DNA of 53,839 bases from Minisyncoccota bacterium. Lineage in GTDB: Bacteria; Patescibacteriota; Minisyncoccia; Minisyncoccales; JAQTVQ01. Where the stretch lies: assembly GCA_028706715.1 (NCBI GenBank), contig JAQTVQ010000004.1, positions 1 to 53,839 on the forward strand. Reading direction: 5' to 3'. Of the stretch, positions 8,849 through 18,648 are shown piece after piece. Numbering within the stretch: the stretch's first letter is position 1; every line of letters begins with the position of its first letter. Position numbers and translations under genes: made by a program. The notes under the pieces are model-generated. The model saw only the letters and a list, made by a program, of their open reading frames with translations, had not been told where the DNA came from and made no database searches.

Positions 8849-9442
8849 ATGCCAACTAAACCAAAAGAAACCAAAACAACGAAAAAGGCTCCCGCCAAGA
8901 AGAAAGAAGCGGTAAAGAAACCTGTTGTTAAGCAGCCTGTCGCTGAAGAAAAAAAAGCCGCAGCAGCTGTTGTTGAACCGGAAATTTCTGAAAAAGCCAA
9001 ATCGGTGATAATTGACGGAGAAGAATTTACCGCCGAGCCAACCGACAAAGACGCTAGATATTTTGCCGGATTGGGAAGAAGAAAAAATGCTTCTGCCAGA
9101 GTTTTGCTTTTTACCAAAGGAAACAAAGAATTTATCATTAACGGCAAAGATTATAAAGACTATTTCCAAACTTTTGATTTGCAAGAAAAAGCCGCCGGCG
9201 CCTTAAACAAAATGAAATCTTTGGAGAGGTTTAAGATAACAGCTGATGTTCGCGGCGGAGGGCTTACCGGCCAGGCCGAAGCCATTAGGCTGGCCATTGC
9301 CAGAGCTTTGATTGTTTTTAGCGCTGACTACAGAAAAAGGCTTAAAAAAGCGGGATTTTTAACTAGAGATTCTAGAAAGAAAGAAAGAAAGAAACCGGGA
9401 TTGAAGAGAGCGCGCAAAGCTCCGCAGTTCAGCAAGCGTTAA
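8849..9442 (+). CDS. rpsI: 30S ribosomal protein S9 with a Lys/Ala-rich N-terminal extension
   Basis: The C-terminal 130 aa (GLGRRKNASARV...VRGGGLTGQAEAIRLAIARAL...TRDSRKKERKKPGLKRARKAPQFSKR) is canonical S9. About 65 extra N-terminal residues are low-complexity K/A/P/E. Confidence 0.9.
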   Translation: MPTKPKETKTTKKAPAKKKEAVKKPVVKQPVAEEKKAAAAVVEPEISEKAKSVIIDGEEFTAEPTDKDARYFAGLGRRKNASARVLLFTKGNKEFIINGKDYKDYFQTFDLQEKAAGALNKMKSLERFKITADVRGGGLTGQAEAIRLAIARALIVFSADYRKRLKKAGFLTRDSRKKERKKPGLKRARKAPQFSKR

Positions 9443-9460
9443 GCTCAAATTTCAAAACCC

Positions 9461-9490
9461 AAAAAACGCGCCTCTCGGCGCGTTTTTTTT
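9461..9490. terminator. Bidirectional rho-independent terminator between convergent genes
   Basis: aaaaaacgcgcc-tctc-ggcgcgtttttttt: a GC-rich stem with an A-run and a T-run on either side. Confidence 0.8.
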
Positions 9491-9523
9491 GCGATTTTTC
9501 CCGCAGCTGATAAAAATTTTGGA

Positions 9524-10915
9524 TTACAAAATTTTGTCCGAAGCAAAAATGGAGCCGTTGCTTAAGATATAAATCTTTTTATTTTTGGGACAGAACCAAA
9601 TTTTCGGATCATTAAATTCTCCGATTTGATAAGTATTAAGGTCTGACCGCGTGTCTATTTCGCTTAGAATGATTTTATTTTCATTGGCAAAAACAAAATA
9701 ATCGTTTTCTATCCAGTCAGAGCTTTGTATCGGCTGGCTGAAACGGGAAATAAATATTTTTCCCCCGGCTTTTTTTAAAAATGGCGTATCAATATCTTCA
9801 AGCAAATAAATTTCAAATTCATTTTGCATTTGACAAAGCAGCTTATCGCCAAAAGGGGAAGCCTTTATTTTTTTTATTCCGCCAAAAATTTTTTTAAAAT
9901 TCTTTTCGTTTTCATCCAAGGCATATAAAGATTCGTCTTCTTTCAAGAATATTTTCTCTCCGAAAACAGCTAGATCATAATAAGAATCGTCTTTAAAATC
10001 AAAAGGCTCTTTTATCAAATTTTGAGCCGGAAAGCTTTGGTTTTGGTCTATTTTTAAAAGTTCTCCTTTGTCGCTTAAAAGGTAAAAGTAATTGTTTGCC
10101 AGGGTAAAAGCTTTTATCTCGTAATTCGTAAACAAAATCGGAAATCCGTTGTTATCAAGAGATTTTTTCAAAAGCAGCGGCCCGTCTTGCCAAAAAAGGA
10201 TGCTTCCTCCAAAGGATTCGGCCAAAAAGATGTTTTTGGCTTCTTTGCTCAAAAAATCCAATTTTTGCATAGAAGGATCTTCTTCCTTCAAGTCCGCGAA
10301 AAAATATTTTTCTTCTTCTGTTTCTTTATTTTGCAGCAAGAAAAGCAAATATCGCGAATTAATTATCCGCAGATCAAGAAAGTCGTGTTCGCTTAAAAAA
10401 AGATTAATTTTTTCCAGCCGAGCTCCTTCTTCTTTCTCCGGATCATATATGGAAAATTCTTCAGGCTGGCCCGGCTCAATAAGCTTCTGAACTATTATTT
10501 TTTCTCCGTCAACCGGATAAAAATTATCAACCTTTGCTTTTATTTGGCTGAAAAATATTTCTTTTGGAAAAAGAATGATATTTTTGGCTTCAATAACTTC
10601 GGTTTCCTTTACCTGAAAAGTTTTTGACCAAGAGGAATATCCTTCTTTTTCTATGAGAAGACTGTATTCTTTGGGTAAAAGACTTTGAGAAAAAAGATAG
10701 TCGTTAATAAATTGGGTGCGGCCGATTAATTTTCCGTCCAAAAAAACTTTGGCGTTAGAAGGGGAGACCTTTACAAAAATTCCTCCTGTTTTCAGATATT
10801 TAAAATTATTAAAGTCAAAGCGGTATCCTTGGGCATAAAAAACAGCGCTTACAGCCCCTAAAACAAAAAAGAAAGAAACTATTAAAAATAAAAAAGTCCT
10901 TGTTTTTTTAGTCAT
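9524..10915 (-). CDS. Membrane-anchored PEGA-domain protein, function unknown
   Basis: N-terminal TM helix (FLFLIVSFFFVLGAVSAVFYA). A PEGA-like segment (VKVSPSNAKVFLDGKLIGRT) follows, then a long repeat-poor extracytoplasmic part. Confidence 0.6.
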   Translation of the reverse strand: MTKKTRTFLFLIVSFFFVLGAVSAVFYAQGYRFDFNNFKYLKTGGIFVKVSPSNAKVFLDGKLIGRTQFINDYLFSQSLLPKEYSLLIEKEGYSSWSKTFQVKETEVIEAKNIILFPKEIFFSQIKAKVDNFYPVDGEKIIVQKLIEPGQPEEFSIYDPEKEEGARLEKINLFLSEHDFLDLRIINSRYLLFLLQNKETEEEKYFFADLKEEDPSMQKLDFLSKEAKNIFLAESFGGSILFWQDGPLLLKKSLDNNGFPILFTNYEIKAFTLANNYFYLLSDKGELLKIDQNQSFPAQNLIKEPFDFKDDSYYDLAVFGEKIFLKEDESLYALDENEKNFKKIFGGIKKIKASPFGDKLLCQMQNEFEIYLLEDIDTPFLKKAGGKIFISRFSQPIQSSDWIENDYFVFANENKIILSEIDTRSDLNTYQIGEFNDPKIWFCPKNKKIYILSNGSIFASDKIL

Positions 10916-10945
10916 TTTTGGCTATTATAGCCCAATTTTTCGGGC

Positions 10946-10974
10946 TTGCCAACCCAAAAAAATTAAGTTAAGAT
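10946..10974 (+). promoter_or_regulatory. Candidate murA promoter (would give a near-leaderless mRNA)
   Basis: TTGCCA (10946-10951), a 17-nt spacer, then TAAGAT (10969-10974). The ATG is at 10982. Confidence 0.3.
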
Positions 10975-10981
10975 AGCCGTA

Positions 10982-12247
10982 ATGGAAGAGAAATTCGTTA
11001 TAAAAGGGGGCAAAAATCTATCGGGAGAAGTGGAAATCGGAGGATACAAAAATGCGGCCGGACCAGCGTTGGCCGCAGTGTTATTGACGGAGGAAGAATG
11101 CCGTTTGTCCAATATGCCTTTGGTTGAAGATGTTTTCAGATTGGTTGAGCTTTTGAAAGGAATGGGAGCCGAAGTTTCTTGGATAGGCAAAAACGAATTG
11201 AAAATTAAAGCCGGGTCAAACCTTGACCCGAATAAAATAGATCCTGCGCTGGTCAGCAAATCCCGTATTTCCGTTTTATTGATAGGAGCTTTGGCCGCCC
11301 GCTTCAAAGAGTTTAAAATCGCCCATCCCGGAGGGGATCGCATAGGACTAAGGCCGATTTTTACCCATCTTAAAGCGCTTGAAGCTTTAGGGGTAGAATC
11401 TTTTCCTGAAGACAATTTTTACCATTTTAAAAGAGACGGGCTCAAGGGCGCGGAAGTTATTTTAAAGGAATTTTCCGTGACCGCTACCGAGAACTTGATT
11501 TTAGCTGCGGTTTTGGCGGAAGGGACAACTGTTATCAAGATAGCGGCAGCGGAACCTCAAGTCCAAGATCTTTGCTTCCAGCTTGTTAAGATGGGAGCCA
11601 AAATTGAAGGAATCGGCACTCATACTTTGAAAATAGAAGGACAAAAAAAACTTTCAGGAACCGATTACAGCATCGTTCCGGATGTTAACGAAGCCGCAAC
11701 TTTTATTGTTGCCAGCGCTTTTACAAAAGACAAAATCAAAGTTATCAACGCCATTCCCGAACATATGGATTTGTTTTTGGACAAATTGCAGGAAATAGGC
11801 GTCAAGCTGAAAAAGGGAAAAAATTTTGTAGAAATTTTTGCTTCTTCAAATTTTCGTTCTACGAGAATTCAAGCTTTGCCTTTCCCGGGGCTCGCCACTG
11901 ATTTCTTGCCTGTAACCTTGCCTCTTTTAACCCAGTCTTCTGGAAAAAGCTTAATTCATGATCCTCTTTATGAAAATAGGCTGAACTATACCCAAGAGTT
12001 AAAAAAAATGGGAGCGGATATTGAAATAGTGGATCCTCACCGCGTCATTATTTTCGGCAAGACTCCCTTGAACGGAGTTGACATTGAAAGCTGGGACATC
12101 AGGGCGGGAGCGTCCCTCGTCATAGCCGGTCTTTTGGCCAAAGGCACCACTGTCGTTAAAAATATTTATCAAATAGACCGCGGCTACGAAAAGATGGAAG
12201 AAAAATTGCAAAAAATGGGAGCAGATATTAAAAGAGTTAAAATCTAG
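10982..12247 (+). CDS. murA: UDP-N-acetylglucosamine 1-carboxyvinyltransferase
   Basis: FVIKGGKNLSGEVEIGGYKNAAGPALAAVLL plus the EPSP-synthase-fold repeats. The length of 421 aa is typical of MurA. Confidence 0.9.
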   Translation: MEEKFVIKGGKNLSGEVEIGGYKNAAGPALAAVLLTEEECRLSNMPLVEDVFRLVELLKGMGAEVSWIGKNELKIKAGSNLDPNKIDPALVSKSRISVLLIGALAARFKEFKIAHPGGDRIGLRPIFTHLKALEALGVESFPEDNFYHFKRDGLKGAEVILKEFSVTATENLILAAVLAEGTTVIKIAAAEPQVQDLCFQLVKMGAKIEGIGTHTLKIEGQKKLSGTDYSIVPDVNEAATFIVASAFTKDKIKVINAIPEHMDLFLDKLQEIGVKLKKGKNFVEIFASSNFRSTRIQALPFPGLATDFLPVTLPLLTQSSGKSLIHDPLYENRLNYTQELKKMGADIEIVDPHRVIIFGKTPLNGVDIESWDIRAGASLVIAGLLAKGTTVVKNIYQIDRGYEKMEEKLQKMGADIKRVKI

Positions 12248-12261
12248 ACGAGAAAAAATAT

Positions 12262-13266
12262 ATGAAAATAGGAATTGATTTAGGAACAAAAAATTCGTTG
12301 GTTTTTTTGCCTAAGAAAGGAGTTGTTTTAGATGAGCCGTCAGTGATTGCCGTATCTCTTGAAGAAAATAGAATTTTAGCCGTAGGCAAAGAGGCCAAGG
12401 AAATGGTCGGCCGCACCCCGGACAGCATCCAAGTTTTCCGTCCCTTAAAGGACGGAGTGATTGCCGACCATCGCATTACACAGGCGATGTTAAGATATTT
12501 TATTAAAAAAGTCTGTGTCGGTTTTAGGCGCTTTATAAAGCCGGAGCTTCTAATCGGAGTTCCGGTCGGCATTACTTCAACCGAAAGGAGAGCGGTTATT
12601 GAAGCCGGCGTCTTGGCCGGAGCCAAAGAAGTATTTATTGCCAAAGAGCCTATTTTATCAGCTATCGGCGCGGGAATACCGATTAATTCCTGTTCCGGAC
12701 ATTTGATCTTGGATATGGGAGGGGGGACTTCCGAAGTGGCTGTAATTTCTTTGGGAGGCATTGTCTCCGGACGATCTATACGCATCGCAGGGGACGAACT
12801 TGATGAAGCGATTGCCCAATATATCAAGGATAAATACAATCTGGCAATAGGAGATCAATCGGCGGAAGAAGCAAAGATAAAGATCGGAACGGCTGTTGCC
12901 GAAAAAGATGCCCGGTTTTTAGAAATTCGCGGAAGAGACCTTATATTGGGGCTTCCAAAAACCATAAAAATTTCTTCCAATGAAGTTTGTGTTGCCATAG
13001 AAGAGCCTTTGATTGAGATTATCCAATGCGTAAAAGATGTCTTGAGAGAAACTCCGCCGGAGCTGGCCGCTGATATTATGAATACGGGAATGGTAATGGC
13101 CGGAGGAGGCGCTTTAATCCGCAATATTTCCACTTTAATCTCCCAGTCCATAGGGGTGCCTTGTTTTATCGCCGACGACTCTTTGCGCTGCGTTGCGAAA
13201 GGAGCGGGAATTATGCTTGATAACCTTGATTTTTACAAGCGGAGCGTAATGACGAAGAAGATATAG
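12262..13266 (+). CDS. mreB: Rod-shape/actin-like protein MreB (paralogue 1)
   Basis: IGIDLGTKNSLV, EPSVIAV, GRTPDSI, LDMGGGTSEVAVISLGGIV and MAGGGALIRN are the MreB phosphate and adenosine motifs. Confidence 0.9.
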   Translation: MKIGIDLGTKNSLVFLPKKGVVLDEPSVIAVSLEENRILAVGKEAKEMVGRTPDSIQVFRPLKDGVIADHRITQAMLRYFIKKVCVGFRRFIKPELLIGVPVGITSTERRAVIEAGVLAGAKEVFIAKEPILSAIGAGIPINSCSGHLILDMGGGTSEVAVISLGGIVSGRSIRIAGDELDEAIAQYIKDKYNLAIGDQSAEEAKIKIGTAVAEKDARFLEIRGRDLILGLPKTIKISSNEVCVAIEEPLIEIIQCVKDVLRETPPELAADIMNTGMVMAGGGALIRNISTLISQSIGVPCFIADDSLRCVAKGAGIMLDNLDFYKRSVMTKKI

Positions 13267-13287
13267 TTTTATTTATTTTTACAGATT

Positions 13288-14196
13288 ATGCTGATAGGCC
13301 TTCAAAAACAATGGCAGATTTTAAGAACAGCGGCAGAGAAAGATAAATTACCCCATGCTTTTTTATTTTCCGGACCGGACAAAGTCGGCAAAAAAACCCT
13401 TGCTTTAAATTTGGTAAAATTTATTTTTTGCCAAGGAGAGAAAGAGATGGAAGGTTTCTCTTGCGGAAAATGCCGAGCTTGCATTGATGTCGGCAAAAAA
13501 GCTCATCCTGATCTCGCGCTGATTGAACCAAAAGACGGCTCAATAAAGATATCGCAAATAAGAGATTTGGAGTGGAAGCTTTCATTAAAGCCTTATAGCG
13601 CCAAAATGAAAGCGGGAATTATTGACGATGCCCATCTTATGCTTCCGGACGCCCAAAACAGCTTGTTGAAAACATTGGAAGAACCGAGAGGGAAAGCTCT
13701 TTTGATTTTAATTTCTTCGGATCCTCAAAGGCTCTTGAAGACGGTTTTTTCAAGAGTTAGAACTATGAAATTTTTTTTGGCGCCGGATGCGGAGATAAAA
13801 GAAAAGCTTGCGAGTTTTGAGTCCGATTTTGAAAAAATAGAAAAAATTACAAATCTCTCCTTGGGAAGGCCCGGCCAGGCGATGGAATTTTTAAATGATC
13901 ATGAAAAATTTTCAGCTAGAGAAAAAAAATTGGAGGAGATTGAAAAAATTATGAAAGCCAAAATTCCGGAAAAATTCAAATATGCCAAAGAAATTGCGGA
14001 CAGCCCGGAGATTATTGAAGAAACTCTGGCTTTATGGGAAAGAAGAATAAGAGAAGAATTAATTTTATGCAAAGAATCTTCTTCTTGCTTGGTAAGGCCG
14101 CTTAGAGAACTGGAAGAAGCTTTGAGGTTGGTTAAAACGACCAATGCCAGTCCAAAATTGATTTTAGAGAATTTAATGTTAAATTTTAATATTTAA
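13288..14196 (+). CDS. holB: DNA polymerase III delta' subunit
   Basis: LPHAFLFSGPDKVGKKTLA (degenerate Walker A), zinc module CGKCRACIDV...HPD, and the SRVRTMKF sensor motif. Confidence 0.75.
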   Translation: MLIGLQKQWQILRTAAEKDKLPHAFLFSGPDKVGKKTLALNLVKFIFCQGEKEMEGFSCGKCRACIDVGKKAHPDLALIEPKDGSIKISQIRDLEWKLSLKPYSAKMKAGIIDDAHLMLPDAQNSLLKTLEEPRGKALLILISSDPQRLLKTVFSRVRTMKFFLAPDAEIKEKLASFESDFEKIEKITNLSLGRPGQAMEFLNDHEKFSAREKKLEEIEKIMKAKIPEKFKYAKEIADSPEIIEETLALWERRIREELILCKESSSCLVRPLRELEEALRLVKTTNASPKLILENLMLNFNI

Positions 14197-14272
14197 ATTG
14201 CCCGACGCGGGCAGCTGCTGTCTTGATTTCGCGGGCGAAAGCCAAAAAATGAAGCGGCAGAGTAAAATATTT

Positions 14273-14833
14273 ATGCCAACATACAAAGAAATTATAGATT
14301 CAATCAAGCCCGACCTCTTGAAGGCAACAGACTTTTTGCAAAAAAAACTGTCTTCCATCCGCACGGGAAGGGCTACACCCGCTTTGGTTGAAAATATTCA
14401 AGTTGAAATTTTTGGAGATAAAATGCCCGTCAAACAGCTGGGCGCGATTTCCATTTTAAACGCCCAACAGCTTTTGATACAATGCTGGGACGCTTCTTAT
14501 ATGGAACCGATACAAAAAGCCGTTCTTGAACATGGATCCGGCATAGGCTGTTCAGTTGACAAAGACGGCGTAAAAATAAATTTGCCTCCTCTCTCTTCGG
14601 ATCTTCGCAAAGAACTGATTAAAGTGCTTTCCCAAAGCGAAGAAGAGGCCAAGAAAGTGATAAGGCGTTTTAGAGACGAAGCTTGGTCAACTTTGCAGAA
14701 AGAGCAAAGAGAGGGAAACATCAGAGAGGACGACAAGTTTAAGGGGAAAGAAGGACTGCAAAAGCTGATAGACGAATACAATAAAAAAATTGAAGATATG
14801 ATAAAAAACAAGCAAAAAGAATTGGAAGAATAA
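14273..14833 (+). CDS. frr: Ribosome recycling factor
   Basis: From the internal ATG at 14273 the product is 186 aa, the usual RRF length, and reads ...LSSIRTGRATPALVENIQVE..G...PVKQLGAISI. The ORF-track start at 14198 adds 25 non-conserved residues. Confidence 0.9.
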   Translation: MPTYKEIIDSIKPDLLKATDFLQKKLSSIRTGRATPALVENIQVEIFGDKMPVKQLGAISILNAQQLLIQCWDASYMEPIQKAVLEHGSGIGCSVDKDGVKINLPPLSSDLRKELIKVLSQSEEEAKKVIRRFRDEAWSTLQKEQREGNIREDDKFKGKEGLQKLIDEYNKKIEDMIKNKQKELEE

Positions 14834-14881
14834 CACGCAGCCGCAAAACAATACATTACATTAAAATTTTAATTTATTTCA

Positions 14882-16015
14882 ATGGCCTTAATAATCACCA
14901 TCATTGCCTTCATAATTATCCTTAGCGGATTGATTTTTGTCCATGAGCTCGGGCATTTTTTGGCCGCCAAAAAAACCGGCGTAAAAGTGGAAGAATTTGT
15001 CTTGGGCTTCCCCCCTTTGATTTTAAAAAAACAGATAGGGGAAACTTTATATGGAATAGGGCTTATACCTTTCGGCGGATATAACAAGATTTTAGGGGAA
15101 GACGCAAATAATCCGGAATCTTTTTCCAATCCCCGTTCTTATGAGTCCCAAGGGCCGATGGTGAAGTTTTTGATAATATCCGGCGGCGTTTTTATGAACT
15201 TGATGCTCGCTGTTGCCATTTTTTATTCTTTGGCGGCTTTTCTCGGGTTCCAGCTTTGGCAGCCCCTTCTTTACTCGGATTACAATTTTCCTTTTGGGAA
15301 ACAGCAAAACTTTCCTATGGTTGCCGGCGTTTTTGAGGATTCGGCCGCTGGAAAAGCCGGATTGGAAGCAAGAGATGTTATTCTTTCGGCTAACGGAGAA
15401 CATATGGCTGATTCCCAGGCTTTTGTAGAATTTATCGGCAAAAACCAGGGGAAGGAAATAAGCCTTGATTTAAAAAATACCAGGACGAGGCAGGAAAAAA
15501 CGGCGACAATTGTCCTTGGAGAAAAAGATGGGGAAAAACAAACTTTAGGAGTGTCTCTTTCCAACGCCGCTCTTTTGTCTTATGAGAGTCCTTTTGAAAA
15601 GATATCTGCCGGATTTCTTCATTCTTTTAATCTTATTGATTTTTCTTTTTCTACGATTGGAAGAGTGATTAAATACTCTTTCGTGCAGAAAGATGCGGCT
15701 CTCTTGGGAGCATCTTTTGTCGGTCCGGTCGGAATATACGCTATAACAAAGATTATAATAGATTACGGCTGGGTTGAAATACTTAATTTTTGCGGATTGA
15801 TTTCTTTAGCTCTTGCCGTTACCAACATTCTGCCCTTTCCGGCTTTTGACGGAGGCAAGCTGGTTTTTATCTTGCTGCAAAGCATTGATAAGAAAAGATT
15901 TTCTTTGGCGGTGCAGTATAAAATTGAACAAGCCGGAGCAATGTTTTTAATCTGTTTGGCGATACTGATTACTTTTAAAGATTTTTGGTTTTTTAAAGAT
16001 ATAATATTCAAATAA
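14882..16015 (+). CDS. rseP: Site-2 (RIP) zinc metalloprotease RseP family
   Basis: HELGHFLAAK zinc motif in TM1, a central PDZ-like segment, and C-terminal NILPFPAFDGG. Confidence 0.85.
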   Translation: MALIITIIAFIIILSGLIFVHELGHFLAAKKTGVKVEEFVLGFPPLILKKQIGETLYGIGLIPFGGYNKILGEDANNPESFSNPRSYESQGPMVKFLIISGGVFMNLMLAVAIFYSLAAFLGFQLWQPLLYSDYNFPFGKQQNFPMVAGVFEDSAAGKAGLEARDVILSANGEHMADSQAFVEFIGKNQGKEISLDLKNTRTRQEKTATIVLGEKDGEKQTLGVSLSNAALLSYESPFEKISAGFLHSFNLIDFSFSTIGRVIKYSFVQKDAALLGASFVGPVGIYAITKIIIDYGWVEILNFCGLISLALAVTNILPFPAFDGGKLVFILLQSIDKKRFSLAVQYKIEQAGAMFLICLAILITFKDFWFFKDIIFK

Positions 16016-16019
16016 AAAT

Positions 16020-17474
16020 ATGGCTGAAAAAATTTTTGAAAAAAAACAATTGGCCTCAAAAAAGGAAGATTTTTCAGGATGGTATACCGATGTCATTTTG
16101 AAATCCGGCTTGGCTGACTATGCTCCGGTCAAAGGATGTATGGTTTTCAAGCCTTACGGATACGCCATCTGGGAGCTAATCCAAAAAGTTTTGGATGAAA
16201 AAATCAAAGCCAACGGAACGAAAAACGCTTATTTCCCGGTATTTATTCCGGAAAGCTTTTTAGACAAAGAAAAGGAGCATATTGAAGGCTTTTCTCCGGA
16301 ATTGGCCGTAGTCACGATTGGAGGAGGGAAAAAACTGGACGAGAAGCTTGTTGTCCGTCCCACTTCGGAAACGATAATGTATTCTATGTTTTCAAAGTGG
16401 ATAAGCTCTTGGAGGGATCTGCCCTTGAAAATAAACCAATGGTGCAACGTTGTCCGATGGGAAAAAAGGCCGAGATTTTTTATCCGCAACATAGAATTTC
16501 TTTGGCAGGAAGGGCATACTGTCCATTCTTCCGAGGCTGAAGCGAAAGAGCAAGTTAATTGGGCGATGAAAACTTATGAAGAAATATACAGAAGCTTCTT
16601 GGCGATAGAAGGAATAACCGGCCAAAAGTCTGAAAGCGAAAAATTTCCAGGAGCGGAAAGCACCCTGACCTTGGAATCTCTTATGCCTTCGGGAATGGTT
16701 TTGCAAAGCGCGACTTCCCATAATTTGGGACAGAAATTTTCCAAGTCTTTCAATATAGAATTTTCCGACCAAGAAGGGAAAAAATCTTTTCCTTGGCAGA
16801 CTTCGTGGGGTCTTTCCAGCCGAAGCATCGGCGCGTTAATTATGGCTCACGGCGACGACGCCGGATTGGTCCTGCCTCCGGCTTTGGCTCCGATTCAAAT
16901 CGTAATAGTTCCGATCTTCAAAGGCAAAGAAGGAGACGAAGCAATCATTAATAAAGCCAAAGAAATAAAAGAAGAGATTTTAAAGGATTATCGGGTAGAG
17001 CTTGATTTAAGAGAGGGATATTCGGCTGGCTGGAAATTCAATGAATGGGAAATGAAGGGGGTTCCTTTAAGGATAGAGTTCGGTCCGAAAGAGATGGAAC
17101 AGAATAAAGCTTCTTTAACAAAAAGGAACGACGGGCAAAAAATTTCCGTCGGCCTTGGCGATTTGAAAGAGCAAACAGCGAAAATTTTAGATAAAATACA
17201 AGAAGAGCTTTTCCAAAAGAATAAAAAATATCTTTTAGAGAATATACGGGAAGCCGCCGATTACGATGATTTTAAAAAAATAATGTCCGGTCCCAAAGGC
17301 TTTATCAAAGCTTATTGGTGTGAAGATCCCGTTTGTGAAAGAAAAATAAAAGAAGAGACAAAAGCTACGACAAGATGCTTGCCTGAATCCGGAGCCCAAG
17401 AGGCGGAGGCAGGCAAATGCGTCTATTGCGGCAAGCCGGCAAAAAACAAATGGCTGTTTGGCCAAGCGTATTAA
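16020..17474 (+). CDS. proS: Prolyl-tRNA synthetase, archaeal/eukaryote-like type
   Basis: FSGWYTDVILKSGLADYAPVKGCMVFKPYGYAIWE, class II motifs, and a C-terminal zinc-binding tail (CEDPVCE...CVYCGK...FGQAY). Confidence 0.9.
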   Translation: MAEKIFEKKQLASKKEDFSGWYTDVILKSGLADYAPVKGCMVFKPYGYAIWELIQKVLDEKIKANGTKNAYFPVFIPESFLDKEKEHIEGFSPELAVVTIGGGKKLDEKLVVRPTSETIMYSMFSKWISSWRDLPLKINQWCNVVRWEKRPRFFIRNIEFLWQEGHTVHSSEAEAKEQVNWAMKTYEEIYRSFLAIEGITGQKSESEKFPGAESTLTLESLMPSGMVLQSATSHNLGQKFSKSFNIEFSDQEGKKSFPWQTSWGLSSRSIGALIMAHGDDAGLVLPPALAPIQIVIVPIFKGKEGDEAIINKAKEIKEEILKDYRVELDLREGYSAGWKFNEWEMKGVPLRIEFGPKEMEQNKASLTKRNDGQKISVGLGDLKEQTAKILDKIQEELFQKNKKYLLENIREAADYDDFKKIMSGPKGFIKAYWCEDPVCERKIKEETKATTRCLPESGAQEAEAGKCVYCGKPAKNKWLFGQAY

Positions 17475-17480
17475 AGATTA

Positions 17481-17509
17481 TTAACAAGAAGAGGAAATTT
17501 TGTTACAAT
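17481..17509 (+). promoter_or_regulatory. Candidate extended -10 promoter of the second mreB
   Basis: TTAACA (17481-17486), a 17-nt spacer, then TGtTACAAT (17501-17509). Confidence 0.45.
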
Positions 17510-17517
17510 GACCCATT

Positions 17518-18612
17518 ATGTTTAATTCTAAAATGCTTAATTTAATAAAGGGAAAGTTTATCCATGATATTGCAATTGATTTGGGAACCGCCAATTGCTT
17601 GGTTTATGTCAAAGGGAGAGGAATAATTTTAAGCGAGCCTTCAGTGGTGGCCGTTAACAAGAAAACGGGCAGGATTTTAGCCATAGGCAGAGAGGCTGAA
17701 AAAATGGTCGGGCGCACCCCGGGCCATATTATTGCCAACAAGCCTTTGGTCGGGGGAGTCATTTCGGATTTTGAAGTGACGGAACAGATGCTAAGGTATT
17801 TGATAGGACGCAGCCGTCAAAAAGGGCTATCCCTGTCTCCTTTTTGCCGGGCGGTGATAGGCGTTCCTTGCGGAGTGACTGAAGTTGAAAAGAAAGCGGT
17901 AAAAGACGCGGCTAGATCCGCCGGAGCGAGAGAAGTCTTTTTAATTGAGGAACCGATGGCTTCGGCTATAGGAGCTCATTTGCCCGTCCAAGAAGCGTCT
18001 GGAAATTTTATTATTGATATCGGAGGAGGAACTTCCGAAGTGGCGGCTGTTTCTTTGGGAGGAATAGTGGTTTCTAAAAGTTTGCGGATAGCCGGCAATA
18101 AATTTGATGACGATATAGTTAATTTTTCCCAAGAAGAATACAAGCTTTTAATCGGTCAAAGAACCGCTGAACAAATCAAAGTCAGTATTGGCTCTGTTTT
18201 TTCGGACGCTGTCCGTTCAAGTTTTGACGAAAAAAGCGGGTCCAAAGAAATTTCAATGAGGGGCCGCAACTTGGTAACGGGACTGCCGGAAGAAGTTTTA
18301 ATAACTCAATCCGATGTGCGCCGGGCTTTGGAAAAATCCGTTAGGCAGATAGTCGCAGAAGTCAAAGAAACGATAGAACTTACTCCGCCGGAGCTTATTT
18401 CAGATATAATGAAAAAAGGAATTTTTATGTCCGGAGGGGGAGCCTTGCTGCGGGGGTTGGATAAGCTGATTGCAAAAGAAACAAAAATTCCAACAATGAT
18501 CATTGAAGATCCCATGACTGCCGTAGTGCGCGGAGCGGGAGTGGTTCTTGAGAACTTGGATGAATTCCATAATGTTTTGGCGGAAATAGAAGAGCTGGAA
18601 GCCCCGAAATAA
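17518..18612 (+). CDS. mreB: Actin-like protein MreB (paralogue 2)
   Basis: IAIDLGTANCLVYV, EPSVVAV, GRTPGHI, IDIGGGTSEVAAVSLGGIV, MSGGGALLRGL. Confidence 0.9.
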   Translation: MFNSKMLNLIKGKFIHDIAIDLGTANCLVYVKGRGIILSEPSVVAVNKKTGRILAIGREAEKMVGRTPGHIIANKPLVGGVISDFEVTEQMLRYLIGRSRQKGLSLSPFCRAVIGVPCGVTEVEKKAVKDAARSAGAREVFLIEEPMASAIGAHLPVQEASGNFIIDIGGGTSEVAAVSLGGIVVSKSLRIAGNKFDDDIVNFSQEEYKLLIGQRTAEQIKVSIGSVFSDAVRSSFDEKSGSKEISMRGRNLVTGLPEEVLITQSDVRRALEKSVRQIVAEVKETIELTPPELISDIMKKGIFMSGGGALLRGLDKLIAKETKIPTMIIEDPMTAVVRGAGVVLENLDEFHNVLAEIEELEAPK

Positions 18613-18648
18613 TAAATTTTTAAATTCAATCATTGAAAATTAGAATTT

